Source: a virus
Lineage: Duplodnaviria; Caudoviricetes
IMG/VR virus record: IMGVR_UViG_3300005683_000047
Location: 2,430-66,429 of that record
Strand: one strand, 5' to 3'
Length of the DNA: 64,000 nucleotides
Shown here: positions 28,252 through 38,075 of the stretch, one piece after another
How the letters are laid out: every line of letters starts with the position of its first letter
Numbering within the stretch: the stretch's first letter is position 1
Made by a program: the position numbers and the translations under genes
The notes under the pieces: model-generated
What the model was told of the DNA's origin: nothing
What the model saw: only the letters and a program-made list of their open reading frames with translations
Database searches by the model: none

Positions 28252-31200
28252 ATGTCACCTTTGAATCATGTTCTGTTCTTGTTATTTCTATCAAATTATC
28301 TATCGTTTCCTTCACTGCTTCAATGTGAGTGATGATCAACAGGTTTTTGAAATACTTCTTTAATGAACAAATCAAACGATTACATGCTTCAATTCCAGAT
28401 TCGTCTAAGTCAGTAAATCCCTCGTCAATAATAAACAAATCTGTCTTCGGTAATGACGAAACATTTAACAACGCAACTCGTATTGCAAGAGAAGCAATCA
28501 TTTTTTCCATGCCAGAACCCAACTCAATAATTCGTTTTGAATCTCCGTAATTTATGAAAACATCAAGTGAGTTTGATTCCAGATCTGTTTCAAGTTCAAC
28601 AGTGAAATTTACAATTCCATTCAATATTTTTGCAATTTCACTATTAATGATTGGTAACTGATTTTTGATGACATGATTTGGAATCCCTCTTTTAGAGAAT
28701 GCATTAGCAATCAACTCATGAATCTTGAATTTTTGTGTAAGATCATCATAAGTGTTTTTATCTTGATTCAATCTCTCAATTTCAGTTTGCAAACGGCCAT
28801 TTTGTTGGACTAGATTTATCTTTTTTGACTCGAGCCCTCTAATTGACACCAGATTTTTTTTGATTTCTGACTCTAGATTACTCACAATTTCAATGAAAGA
28901 ATTTTCTAGGGCCATTTCTAGGCCTTTAATTTTTTCAGCAACCCCTTCAAAGGTGGTCATTGTGTCAGACAATGAACTTTCTAACAACGAATGTTCTTTT
29001 TGCTTCATAACAAGCGTCGCTTGCAATGTTTGATATGCTTTTTCAAGTTGATCAACTTTTTTGATCTTTTCGTCAAGTTCGTTTGATGAATTTGCGTTAA
29101 AAACATCATTTAACTTGCTCAAAGAAGTTGAAATATCTGACACGAGTTGTTGTTGAGCGTCTAGCAAAGATTTGTCAACGTGTGAGTCTTTGATGTATTT
29201 GCAAGTTGGAAATGAATCTCCACACGGCACGTCAAGTAATTTGAGAACCGATCGTTTTTGTGTTTGCAAAATTGATGATTCTTTTTCAAGACGATGTGTG
29301 ATTTCAAGAATTGATTGTTTTGATTCACGATTAATCTGTTGTTGACGACGACATTCTTCAATATCAATGTTATTTTTTACGTTTTCAATTTTGTCAATTT
29401 TCTTTTGACATTCATCAATATCATTTGCTAAATCATGAATTTTCTTACGTAAGGTAGAAATCTTGTTTTCAAGATTGTTAGCAATTGACTTTTGTGTCTT
29501 TAGATCGTCAATAGAGACTGGTGTCTTATTACGAATCTTTGACAATTCCAATTGATCATTTGATACGTTGTTTCGTATTGTGTCTATTTGATCTGAAATT
29601 TGAGAAATTTGCTCAACAATTGATTCGTTTTCTAACGTCTTTTGTAAAATCAGATTAGAGAAATCATGTTGTTGCAAGTTTTTAATGTTTGACTTTAAAA
29701 TTGAAACATCGTTTTTTGCAACATCATACATTCTGTCAAAGAAATCAAGATCAAGAAATCTAGACACTATTGCTTTTCGAGGTGTTGCATTCTCTTTGAT
29801 AAATCTTTTTAGATCATCTTGTGAAGCAAGACTTGTCAACATAAAATCATCAGCATTTCCTATTAGCTTACGTATGATTTTCTCTGTGTCAGTTCTTTGT
29901 TCACCATTTAAATCAACGTTTACGCCATCTTTTACTTGAAAAGCATTCAAAGACGTAATTCCAAATTGACCTTTTTTATTTTCTGACCTAGTCGTTTGTC
30001 TTTCAATCAAATAATCAAGACCGTTTATTGAAATGTGCGTCTTAACTAAACAGTGATTTTTACGTGTATTAATGACATGAACGTTTTTCAACGATCCTCT
30101 ATCTGAAGAATTGAATAACGCATACATAATTGTACCGATAATAGAAGATTTTCCAGTTCTATTGGGACCAAAAATTCCAGTGATTCCAGACAGTTTACTG
30201 AAATCAATTACATTGTTTTCACCATAAGAAAACGTGTTATCAAATTCAATACGTTTTATTGACCAGTTTGTGTTTCTTATGATTTCATCAGTTGATATCA
30301 CTGCATGCATATAACTTTTGACTAGTTCGGTGATCTTGTCCCAATCTGCGATTTCTTCTGTTTCGTAATGTTCTTTCATCATACCAATCAAAACATCACA
30401 ATTTCGTAAATCATTTCTTGCAACTGCAACATTCTTTGCAATGATCACGTCTTTGTCAATTGATTCATCAATTTTGTACGTGATTTCAGATGCTTGATAT
30501 TTTTCTTTTAAGGTATTAGTAAGAACTTGAACATCATTTTGAGTGATGATGTTGTTGCTTCTAATTCTAATTCTTGACCCGTTTGGATATGCTTCAACGT
30601 TTTTGATAGTTTTGCGTATTGAACCCATCCAGTCAACTGTCACAAATGGATTGGGATTTGGCAAATTCATAAATGAAACATCATGTGTTGCGTCATCATA
30701 AATTTGCCAATACAACCAACCATGAACTAAATCTTCTGCAAAGTTTTGTTGAACGAGAGAACCACAATACCCTATCCAAGGTCTTGTTATTTTTTTGTCA
30801 TCTCTCACATATTGTCTGTTGTCAAGAAACTGGAATTTGTGAATGTCACCGAGCAGACACAAGTCATAATCTTTAAAAAAATCAACAGACATGCCGTCAG
30901 TCAACATCCAGTCAGCTTCCGTTTTTGCCCCTCTTACACATCCATGAAAACACGCAATATTATATTTGTCAGGTTGAGGTTTGACATTGTCCCATCCTTC
31001 TTCATCAAAGAGACTAAAAACACACCAAGTGTATCCTGGCAAAAACTCATAAACTCCACTTTTCTTATAAAGAAAAATTCGTGGATTATTCAACAATGAC
31101 ACGATTGGTGTTATCGCGTCTTGTCTGTTTGCATTAGATATCAAACCATCATGATTTCCAAGTATCATATGAACAGGAGCGATTGCAGACATTTTTGTCA

Positions 31201-31396
31201 GCAACTCTCCAAATAAATCGACGAACTCAGGTGAAATTCCTTGTGTTTTTGTGTGCCAAAGATCTCCACCAATATAGAACACATCAACATTTTGTTTTTT
31301 TGCGTCTTCTATTAACGCATCAAACACTGTTTTATATTCAACATGGCGTTGCAGAGAACGAAAATGAACGTCGGCAATATGACAAATTTTAATCAT
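28244..31396 (-). CDS. sbcCD: Fused SbcD(Mre11/gp47)-SbcC(Rad50/gp46) nuclease-ATPase (1050 aa)
   Basis: Metallophosphoesterase motifs HIADVH, GGDLWH, LGNHD, LGDIH; Walker A GPNRTGKSS; long coiled coil; signature LGSGMEK; Walker B FIIDEGF; H-loop IITH; single reading frame. Confidence 0.92.
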   Translation of the reverse strand: MIKICHIADVHFRSLQRHVEYKTVFDALIEDAKKQNVDVFYIGGDLWHTKTQGISPEFVDLFGELLTKMSAIAPVHMILGNHDGLISNANRQDAITPIVSLLNNPRIFLYKKSGVYEFLPGYTWCVFSLFDEEGWDNVKPQPDKYNIACFHGCVRGAKTEADWMLTDGMSVDFFKDYDLCLLGDIHKFQFLDNRQYVRDDKKITRPWIGYCGSLVQQNFAEDLVHGWLYWQIYDDATHDVSFMNLPNPNPFVTVDWMGSIRKTIKNVEAYPNGSRIRIRSNNIITQNDVQVLTNTLKEKYQASEITYKIDESIDKDVIIAKNVAVARNDLRNCDVLIGMMKEHYETEEIADWDKITELVKSYMHAVISTDEIIRNTNWSIKRIEFDNTFSYGENNVIDFSKLSGITGIFGPNRTGKSSIIGTIMYALFNSSDRGSLKNVHVINTRKNHCLVKTHISINGLDYLIERQTTRSENKKGQFGITSLNAFQVKDGVNVDLNGEQRTDTEKIIRKLIGNADDFMLTSLASQDDLKRFIKENATPRKAIVSRFLDLDFFDRMYDVAKNDVSILKSNIKNLQQHDFSNLILQKTLENESIVEQISQISDQIDTIRNNVSNDQLELSKIRNKTPVSIDDLKTQKSIANNLENKISTLRKKIHDLANDIDECQKKIDKIENVKNNIDIEECRRQQQINRESKQSILEITHRLEKESSILQTQKRSVLKLLDVPCGDSFPTCKYIKDSHVDKSLLDAQQQLVSDISTSLSKLNDVFNANSSNELDEKIKKVDQLEKAYQTLQATLVMKQKEHSLLESSLSDTMTTFEGVAEKIKGLEMALENSFIEIVSNLESEIKKNLVSIRGLESKKINLVQQNGRLQTEIERLNQDKNTYDDLTQKFKIHELIANAFSKRGIPNHVIKNQLPIINSEIAKILNGIVNFTVELETDLESNSLDVFINYGDSKRIIELGSGMEKMIASLAIRVALLNVSSLPKTDLFIIDEGFTDLDESGIEACNRLICSLKKYFKNLLIITHIEAVKETIDNLIEITRTEHDSKVTYE

Positions 31397-31400
31397 GTGT

Positions 31401-32357
31401 TTATAATTTCATGTGACAATTGTTTACTGCATAAATCTTTTGTCGCAAATATGATTGCCATTCCCATTGTTTGCAATTGGCAATTACATCTGAAACTTCA
31501 TTTGTAGTCATCTCACCAGGATCTTTTCTTTTACCAAGATCAGCAACATATGTTTCAATATCATATTCATGTAACTTTTTAGCAATCACTTGAACTTTTG
31601 ATTTCATGTCACTATCAAGAAGCAACACGACTGGAGTATTATGTTCAAGGATTTTATTGAACAACAATGATCTTTCTGAAATACTTGACCCCAACAAACA
31701 CGTTGCATTGCCTTTACACTTCATCAAATCAAACGTTCCCTCGACCAACGTTAGACGCTGTGACCAATTTATGTTAATCTCATTAAAAATGATGTCGTTT
31801 TTATTGACATCACAATTAACGTATTTCATAAAATTAGAATCACTAGTGTCTCTTGCAACGTAATAATTCAGATCTCCGTTACAATCAAATGATGGAACAA
31901 TGACTCTACGAAATAGTTTTTGTTCATTTGAAACACCCAACTTCCAAAACCACAAATCTTTTCTTGTAAGATTGCGTTTTGTCACATATCGAATGTAATG
32001 ATTTTTTTCATCTTCCTCAAGTGCAAGCAACTTAAAATCAGATGGCAATTGCAACTTCTGAGTTTCTTGTTCGTCTTCAAGAGTTGTTTTAATACGATTG
32101 AATTTTGGATTCTCTGGAAGAAACACAGTCGTATATTCAAACACTTGTTCTTTGCTACCAAACTTTTTTAAAATCGGTAGCAAAGTTGCACCAGAGAGAC
32201 CACAAACCCAACAATGATTTACGTCATCTTCAAGTCTAATTGACAGTTTACTTTTTCCACACTTTGGACATTTTACATTTATGTTTTTTTTACACAAAAG
32301 AGCTGCTCTGCCAAAGACAGATTCAATAAACCGTATTTTCATCGAAACTGTGATCAC
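31401..32357 (-). CDS. DNA primase (DnaG/gp61-type, Zn finger + TOPRIM)
   Basis: CPKC...HCWVC Zn finger; LVEGTFD, LLDSD, KDPGEM TOPRIM motifs. Start is GTG 32357 or ATG 32342. Confidence 0.85.
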   Translation of the reverse strand: MITVSMKIRFIESVFGRAALLCKKNINVKCPKCGKSKLSIRLEDDVNHCWVCGLSGATLLPILKKFGSKEQVFEYTTVFLPENPKFNRIKTTLEDEQETQKLQLPSDFKLLALEEDEKNHYIRYVTKRNLTRKDLWFWKLGVSNEQKLFRRVIVPSFDCNGDLNYYVARDTSDSNFMKYVNCDVNKNDIIFNEININWSQRLTLVEGTFDLMKCKGNATCLLGSSISERSLLFNKILEHNTPVVLLLDSDMKSKVQVIAKKLHEYDIETYVADLGKRKDPGEMTTNEVSDVIANCKQWEWQSYLRQKIYAVNNCHMKL

Positions 32358-32363
32358 GATTTC

Positions 32364-32392
32364 AATGTATAAAAATTGAAAGTTATGTTCAA
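32364..32392 (-). promoter_or_regulatory. Possible sigma70-type promoter TTGAAC-N17-TACATT upstream of primase/SbcCD
   Basis: 4/6 and 4/6 matches to consensus with 17-nt spacing, in the only gap before these replication genes. Confidence 0.3.
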
Positions 32393-32929
32393 CTATTTCT
32401 TATGAGCTTGAAAGACACCTGCTCTAGCAAGAACATATGAATCAACAATGTCGTACACAAATGGTTTCCATTTGCCAGTCTTTGTTTTTGGAAAGTCGAC
32501 AGCAGCTAACGGCCCACTCATACACCATTCAAACGCTTGCTCTTTATGAGATGTTCCGCCTGATTTTGCTTTTGATAACATTTTCATGCCAGCTAGTTTA
32601 CGTGATTCTCCAGCAGAAATGTATGTCGGTTGTACGTTGATCAATTTATAGACCATGTATGACACGATGCCGTTCCATCTCAATAACAATGAAATCGTGT
32701 TTGCGCTTGAAAAACCTGTCCTAAATTTTTTGACTGCCTCTTCAATTACAACAACTTCAGGATTGTAAAGTTCAAACACTTTCTTTAATTCGTCTTCAAT
32801 GACATCACACTTTTCCCAAAATGTTGAACACTTCGTTAGATCAACGTGAGTCATTAACAAAACGTTTAGATCGTCAAGAATTGTAATTCCAACGACTGAT
32901 GTGCTAGCGTCCAAGCCACAAACTTTCAT
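32393..32929 (-). CDS. ruvC: RuvC-like Holliday junction resolvase
   Basis: CGLDASTSVVG; VVIEE; DIVDSYVLA acidic catalytic pattern. Confidence 0.78.
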   Translation of the reverse strand: MKVCGLDASTSVVGITILDDLNVLLMTHVDLTKCSTFWEKCDVIEDELKKVFELYNPEVVVIEEAVKKFRTGFSSANTISLLLRWNGIVSYMVYKLINVQPTYISAGESRKLAGMKMLSKAKSGGTSHKEQAFEWCMSGPLAAVDFPKTKTGKWKPFVYDIVDSYVLARAGVFQAHKK

Positions 32930-33333
32930 TTCAACCCAAGCTTTCTAAGTTCAATTTCTGTGATTATCATGAACTCGATGTTATTGATAATACAAAAGTT
33001 TCTAGCTGCGGCGAACTTTTTAATGTTCGTTCGATGCATCAACTTTGAACTGGGTTTTATCTCCACTAAAATTTTTTTAGTTTCATACTCAATCAACAAG
33101 TCTGGGATATAGTTTCTTACCCTACCTGACCTCACGTTGGCCACGTAGGGTATCCTGAGTGACTCAGAATAATACTTCAACACTTCAACGTTAGAATCTA
33201 AATATTGAAAATAAAACAATTCCCATGATGACCTGTAGGTCATCTCTACATTCATTTTTGTGGAAAAATACTTTCCTCGTAATCGTCCTCTACGGCGACG
33301 TTTTTTCTTTACAATTGTTTTGACTTTAGCCAA
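32926..33333 (-). CDS. Head-completion nuclease (T4 gp4 / TnsA N-terminal-like PD-(D/E)xK)
   Basis: YRSSWE...YSESLRIPY...RNYIPDLLIE...LVEIKP. Confidence 0.78.
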   Translation of the reverse strand: MAKVKTIVKKKRRRRGRLRGKYFSTKMNVEMTYRSSWELFYFQYLDSNVEVLKYYSESLRIPYVANVRSGRVRNYIPDLLIEYETKKILVEIKPSSKLMHRTNIKKFAAARNFCIINNIEFMIITEIELRKLGLK

Positions 33334-33335
33334 AA

Positions 33336-35684
33336 TTAAAAATCCATTCGTGTTTTTATTAAAAACTTTTCAGTGGTTCTTTTTACCAACGGTTGAACAA
33401 GTTGAGTTTTCATGACAACGTTTAGGTTCTCATCATGTATATTGACATTTGTCACATAACAAAACTTTTGATCTGGATAATCACTATTAAATGATGCTGA
33501 CACGGGAATATATGTTGGATTGCTTGATGAATTCAATGTGTTTGAATTTACAAGAATGTTAAATTTCAACGTATGAATATTTTGTTCACCCTTGAATTCA
33601 AGTTCAAATGAATCTTTTCCAAAGAACGGAATTTCAGGTGTTTTAATTAACACCATCCCTTCATTGTAAAAAACATTGCCAACAGAGTTCCAATGTGATT
33701 GTGACGTATGACAATCGGCTCTGTACAGGTTTCCGTATCCGTCATCACGTAACGTTATCTTGATTTTTCCATCAGAACCTGATACAGAAAGATCTGAGAT
33801 TGAAAACGAACCCGGCTTAATTCTATTCCCGTAAAACAAGTTTGAAATATCGAAAAGAACAACTTCGTTTGATGAAGGATCACGAGTTCTTTGGTAAATT
33901 GTTAAAGTCTCACCAGGATCAACACCATAATTTTCAGGTGTTGGACCTGTGATATACTGAAAAAACGATCCAGTTTCAGTAGCAACGGTTTTAACAACTA
34001 CGTTTTCTGGAATTAAATTGTCTAAATTAATCAGACTGCTGTCAGGTGCTCCTATTCCATCAACATATTTTTCAAATTTGCCTGTATCAATCAGATCAAA
34101 ATTTGGATAGAAGTTTCCATCATCACATGGTAAAACAGTTAGATTACGTTTTCTAACAGCAGGATTCATATAAAAGTGATCGTTTGCTAACGTTGCTGAC
34201 GTTGTTGTGTTTATCTCACTAGCTGTCAAATGTAACCATCGACCGAAGTTCTTTGTTGCAAGATCCATCCCAAAATTTTCAAGATTCATATAGTGTGCAT
34301 CAACACCAAATGATAACGCAACGTTAAACGGATCTTTAGTTGTTCCATTTACCGCAAAAAATGGCGTCTGTAACACGCCACCAAAATCTTTGACAAAGCT
34401 TCTTGTTGGTGACTGTTGGGTGAAAAATGGTGGCAAATAAAACAACGTGTCATTTAAGTCTTTATAGCTATTTCCAGAACTTGACACGATAAAATCTTCT
34501 GTCGCAAAAAACTCGTTAATCGCAAGGTTATGAACTTCAGCATTCAAAGGATGTCGAAAGAAGAAATCATCTGGCTCGTTAAAGTATTCCAACGTTGTTA
34601 ATAACGGAAGACCTTCACGTGTGGCAGGATCAGCAGCAAAAAATATTGCTTGAGCATCAAACTCTTTGTTCTGACCCTCGTAATAATTTCCAACACATAA
34701 TACGTCTGGGTTGCCATTTATAGGGAATTGTTTTGGTGCTATTGTAGATGATGGAATGTTAAACGTACCTTTAACGTTGCCATCAATATAAAAGCTTCCC
34801 GTACCATCATTTATCTTGTTTGTTCCCCAGGTGACAATAACATGATGCCAATGATTCCTACGTAAAGAGTTGTCATCAGACATAAACACTAAATCTTTAG
34901 GATACACACCATGTGTTGCAAGATGTGGTGGAATATCTGCGCTATGAGACAACTGTAACATCATCCTAAACCCATCAACGTACCCATTCAAATCTTTCAA
35001 AGATCCAGTGATAAGAGACACAGCATATGTTGATGAAAGATGAAAAATAGTGCCAGCTTTAAAATCTGAACCAGGACTATCGTTTTTGTATCTTGGATTT
35101 ATGTAAAAATCAAAAGAAAAAGCACCAGTTGTCATATATGATCCACTGGCTCTTCCAGAACCAGGAATTTCAGACGTCGATGCATATAACAAGACGCTTG
35201 AAGACGGAACGTTAGATGACGTAAAAAAGTTTAAGCTATGATAGTTTGTGTAAGCGTAATTATATGAAGGACAAGTCGCACGATAATACGGCATCAACTG
35301 ATCTTTTATGATGATTTTTCTAACTGTATCTTTTGAATAATTTACAGTCGGAGTGCAACGATTGACTTCAACAAATTTCTGTTTTCTTGCTGCTAGACCT
35401 TGTTCTGATACGCCGCTCATATACTTTTCTAAAGAATCATGAACGTTGCAACCTGGTGTTGTTTTTGAAACAATGTCATGTAACATCGTGTCAAGATTTG
35501 CATCGTTTTTAGTGTACTCAACAAAACTAGGTTGAGGTTGAGTTTCTTTTTCAGAATTTGATCTACGAGCAAAAACGTAAACAGAACCCGTCAAACCACT
35601 ACTTGATGACGCAAAATATCTTCGAGGATGTGTAACCATCGTAAATGTTTCAATGTCATCAGAAGATATTTTTTGAATTGTCAT
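33336..35684 (-). CDS. Putative baseplate/tail protein with LamG-like domain (782 aa; start moved to the ATG at 35684)
   Basis: FSFDFYINP...WHHVIVTWG...SFYIDG (LamG-like). N-terminal KISSDDIET and C-terminal SSNPTY...YVTNVNIHDENLNVVMKTQLVQPLVK are shared with the adjacent 412-aa ORF. Confidence 0.55.
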   Translation of the reverse strand: MTIQKISSDDIETFTMVTHPRRYFASSSSGLTGSVYVFARRSNSEKETQPQPSFVEYTKNDANLDTMLHDIVSKTTPGCNVHDSLEKYMSGVSEQGLAARKQKFVEVNRCTPTVNYSKDTVRKIIIKDQLMPYYRATCPSYNYAYTNYHSLNFFTSSNVPSSSVLLYASTSEIPGSGRASGSYMTTGAFSFDFYINPRYKNDSPGSDFKAGTIFHLSSTYAVSLITGSLKDLNGYVDGFRMMLQLSHSADIPPHLATHGVYPKDLVFMSDDNSLRRNHWHHVIVTWGTNKINDGTGSFYIDGNVKGTFNIPSSTIAPKQFPINGNPDVLCVGNYYEGQNKEFDAQAIFFAADPATREGLPLLTTLEYFNEPDDFFFRHPLNAEVHNLAINEFFATEDFIVSSSGNSYKDLNDTLFYLPPFFTQQSPTRSFVKDFGGVLQTPFFAVNGTTKDPFNVALSFGVDAHYMNLENFGMDLATKNFGRWLHLTASEINTTTSATLANDHFYMNPAVRKRNLTVLPCDDGNFYPNFDLIDTGKFEKYVDGIGAPDSSLINLDNLIPENVVVKTVATETGSFFQYITGPTPENYGVDPGETLTIYQRTRDPSSNEVVLFDISNLFYGNRIKPGSFSISDLSVSGSDGKIKITLRDDGYGNLYRADCHTSQSHWNSVGNVFYNEGMVLIKTPEIPFFGKDSFELEFKGEQNIHTLKFNILVNSNTLNSSSNPTYIPVSASFNSDYPDQKFCYVTNVNIHDENLNVVMKTQLVQPLVKRTTEKFLIKTRMDF

Positions 35685-35865
35685 TTGTCCTACAACATAA
35701 ATAACATCAGTACAACATAGCATGAAAATAAGGTGGAATTATGACAAATTGTATAATTCACACTAAGTGTGATTAGAGTGACTTTGATTAGTGTTGGATG
35801 GATTCAGTGTCAAAGACATGAAAACGGTCCATATCACACTTTAGGTAATAACTTACGTTTAAACA

Positions 35866-35902
35866 AACTCTGTTCCACACTTGACGGCAATGGAACAGAG
35901 TT
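35866..35902 (-). terminator. Perfect 12-bp hairpin with 13-nt loop, possible terminator
   Basis: aactctgttcca (35866-35877) and tggaacagagtt (35891-35902); followed by UGUUU on the minus strand, 17 nt past the stop at 35920. Confidence 0.45.
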
Positions 35903-35919
35903 ATCATTTCTAGCTTGTA

Positions 35920-37158
35920 TCAATAGTCCATGCGGAGGCGTAGCGTCAGATCGCGGGAAAAATCCTTTTCTAGGGGCCTGCTAACCTTCGCGATAGCTAG
36001 TAAGTTGTCATTTGCATCGTATAAGCCAACAGAAGTGATAAACGTAAAACTACTTTGAGTGTCCTCTTGACCGGGATCAATAACAACGATACGATTATCA
36101 CTTGTCGTATATGTTGGATTTGACGAATAATTGAATTCGTCGGCGGCGGCACGACAGAACACTAATGTGCTATTGATGTTTGTGATATTTTGAAATGTGA
36201 TTGCTGTGTTTGATTCTTTACCGAATCTAACATTACAAATGTGATCGATAATATTGTCAATTGAACCAGAAACCATAAAATCAGGAATAAACTTTGCGTT
36301 TGGGTTTTCAGAAACTGCACTTCCAATGGGAGTTTGACCCGGTGAAAATCCGAACCCACCGATAGCGTTCATTGCATGAACTGTGCCTGACACTAACTGA
36401 TCTCCTTGGAAAATCTTATTCATGTCAAGAACGGCAATTCCTCTATCGTAGAAGAATAATCCAACGACTGAATTTGTGTTCACTGCGTCAACGATGTTTC
36501 CAACTTCACCACCGAACGTAACGTTCTTATTATTGCTACTTCCTATGTCAGTCCAAATTTTTGCGTACGTGTTAATTTGTGAACTTGAAACGGGAACATC
36601 AAGATGCGCGCCGAGGTGCTGAACACCTGCTGAATACGCACCAGAAGAAAACGTTCTCATTGCAAACGTCTCTCGTTTCACTCGATCTCTCGAGAATAAT
36701 CTTTTGAAACAGATGAATAAACCAACGTCAATTTGGTCTGTAATATTCGTTGAGTCAACAGGGGCAACGAATTGGCCATTTGCATCACCTAATAGGTTTT
36801 GTGCAAATTGCTTGTAAATGTCAGTCTTTTCACGCATCATCAATGTAGAGCTGGGAAACAACAATTTTCCAGCGGCATCTTGACCGACCTTCGAATTATT
36901 CACAACAGATCCTGTGTGGAACAACCCCATAGTGATATCAAAGATTGCGTTTGCTGTTTGAAGCGAAAAATCCTGATCGTAAACTGTCTGAAATAATGAT
37001 GATGTCACGCCTGGGCCAACACCACCCGTTACGAAAGATTGATATTTGCGACGGGTGCTTGACCCTGAAATATCCATTTGAAGCACATCAATCAACGAAT
37101 TCAAAAATGATCGTTGTGTCTTTATGTCGTTTGAAGAAATTTCTTTGAAAATTGCCAT
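35920..37158 (-). CDS. Putative baseplate / fibre-attachment protein (412 aa)
   Basis: C-terminal FITSVGLYDANDNLLAIAKVSRPLEKDF; paralog of the 782-aa ORF. Confidence 0.55.
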   Translation of the reverse strand: MAIFKEISSNDIKTQRSFLNSLIDVLQMDISGSSTRRKYQSFVTGGVGPGVTSSLFQTVYDQDFSLQTANAIFDITMGLFHTGSVVNNSKVGQDAAGKLLFPSSTLMMREKTDIYKQFAQNLLGDANGQFVAPVDSTNITDQIDVGLFICFKRLFSRDRVKRETFAMRTFSSGAYSAGVQHLGAHLDVPVSSSQINTYAKIWTDIGSSNNKNVTFGGEVGNIVDAVNTNSVVGLFFYDRGIAVLDMNKIFQGDQLVSGTVHAMNAIGGFGFSPGQTPIGSAVSENPNAKFIPDFMVSGSIDNIIDHICNVRFGKESNTAITFQNITNINSTLVFCRAAADEFNYSSNPTYTTSDNRIVVIDPGQEDTQSSFTFITSVGLYDANDNLLAIAKVSRPLEKDFSRDLTLRLRMDY

Positions 37159-37185
37159 GTTAATATTCCGTGTTAAAGTAAACTA

Positions 37186-37902
37186 TCAAAGATTTCTGTT
37201 GACGTTAACGCGGAACTCTTTGACAGCACCGCTCTGAGCGCCTGTTACTTTGACATAAGTCGTAATAACACTCTTGTTTGATGTTGAACCAAACACTGAA
37301 AATTGTGAATCTGTCAATGACTTGACAGAGATAACAAATTGTAACGTAGAACCGTGAAGGTTGTTTTCATGAGGCGAACGAGTCAAAATATACGTTGCGC
37401 GTTGATTACCATCAATATTGTCTGGACTTGATCTTAACACTTGCAAAAACAAATTGTTCATTTCAACAATAAACGTTTGGTCTCGTAACTCAACGTCTAT
37501 CACAGACTCCGAAGAAATAGTTTGCTCAAGCGTGATAGACGCAGTTTTTTGAATGTTTCTACCTAATGTCACAACGCTGTTGGTTGAATCAACGTTAGAG
37601 TCACCTGACAATGAAAGGCTTGGTAAACGTAGCAAGTTTGGATTGCTTATCGAAACAAGACGATATTTTTGAGCAAAATTTTGATTTGTCAATGCCTCAA
37701 ATATTGGCGTGTTTTTTTCAATCTTTTCTTTACCAACTGTACGACCGTATTTTTGGATGATCGTGTAATTTACCTCATCGTCACCAAGTGCAAATTTTGC
37801 AATTGAAAATGACCCATCATTACGAGCTAAAAATTGTCTACCTGTGTCAGTCAAGACAGTGTCAAGAATGATGTTATTACTAGTTCCGTCAAGCATTCCC
37901 AT
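37186..37902 (-). CDS. Putative baseplate protein (238 aa)
   Basis: ILDTVLTDTGRQFLAR...IAKFALGDDEVNY, reminiscent of tail-collar/fibre N-terminal domains; paralog of 46094..47056. Confidence 0.5.
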   Translation of the reverse strand: MGMLDGTSNNIILDTVLTDTGRQFLARNDGSFSIAKFALGDDEVNYTIIQKYGRTVGKEKIEKNTPIFEALTNQNFAQKYRLVSISNPNLLRLPSLSLSGDSNVDSTNSVVTLGRNIQKTASITLEQTISSESVIDVELRDQTFIVEMNNLFLQVLRSSPDNIDGNQRATYILTRSPHENNLHGSTLQFVISVKSLTDSQFSVFGSTSNKSVITTYVKVTGAQSGAVKEFRVNVNRNL

Positions 37903-37944
37903 GTTTAAATCCTTTGATATGTATCATACATATTCTTGTGTGTG

Positions 37945-38070
37945 TTACTCAACGTATTTCATGCATTTTGAACACAATTGATGTCTGGCAACGTTTTCAA
38001 TATCATATACTTTCAACCACGTATGACCAAAAATAAAGCAAAAAACTCTTGCAATTACAAAAATCAGCAT
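37945..38070 (-). CDS. Small DUF1660-like Zn-binding protein (41 aa; below the ORF-track cutoff)
   Basis: Hand translation MLIFVIARVFCFIFGHTWLKVYDIENVARHQLCSKCMKYVE has the C..FGH.W...C..C pattern. Confidence 0.55.
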   Translation of the reverse strand: MLIFVIARVFCFIFGHTWLKVYDIENVARHQLCSKCMKYVE

Positions 38071-38075
38071 AACAG

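Noticed and set aside
32926-33333. Tn7-like transposon (TnsA)
   Set aside because: No TnsB/TnsC or terminal repeats; a stand-alone TnsA-N-like nuclease is the expected T4 gp4-type head-completion protein.
35769-35984. 71-aa plus-strand ORF in the structured gap
   Set aside because: No RBS or recognisable motif; it overlaps the end of a real minus-strand gene and crosses the hairpin.
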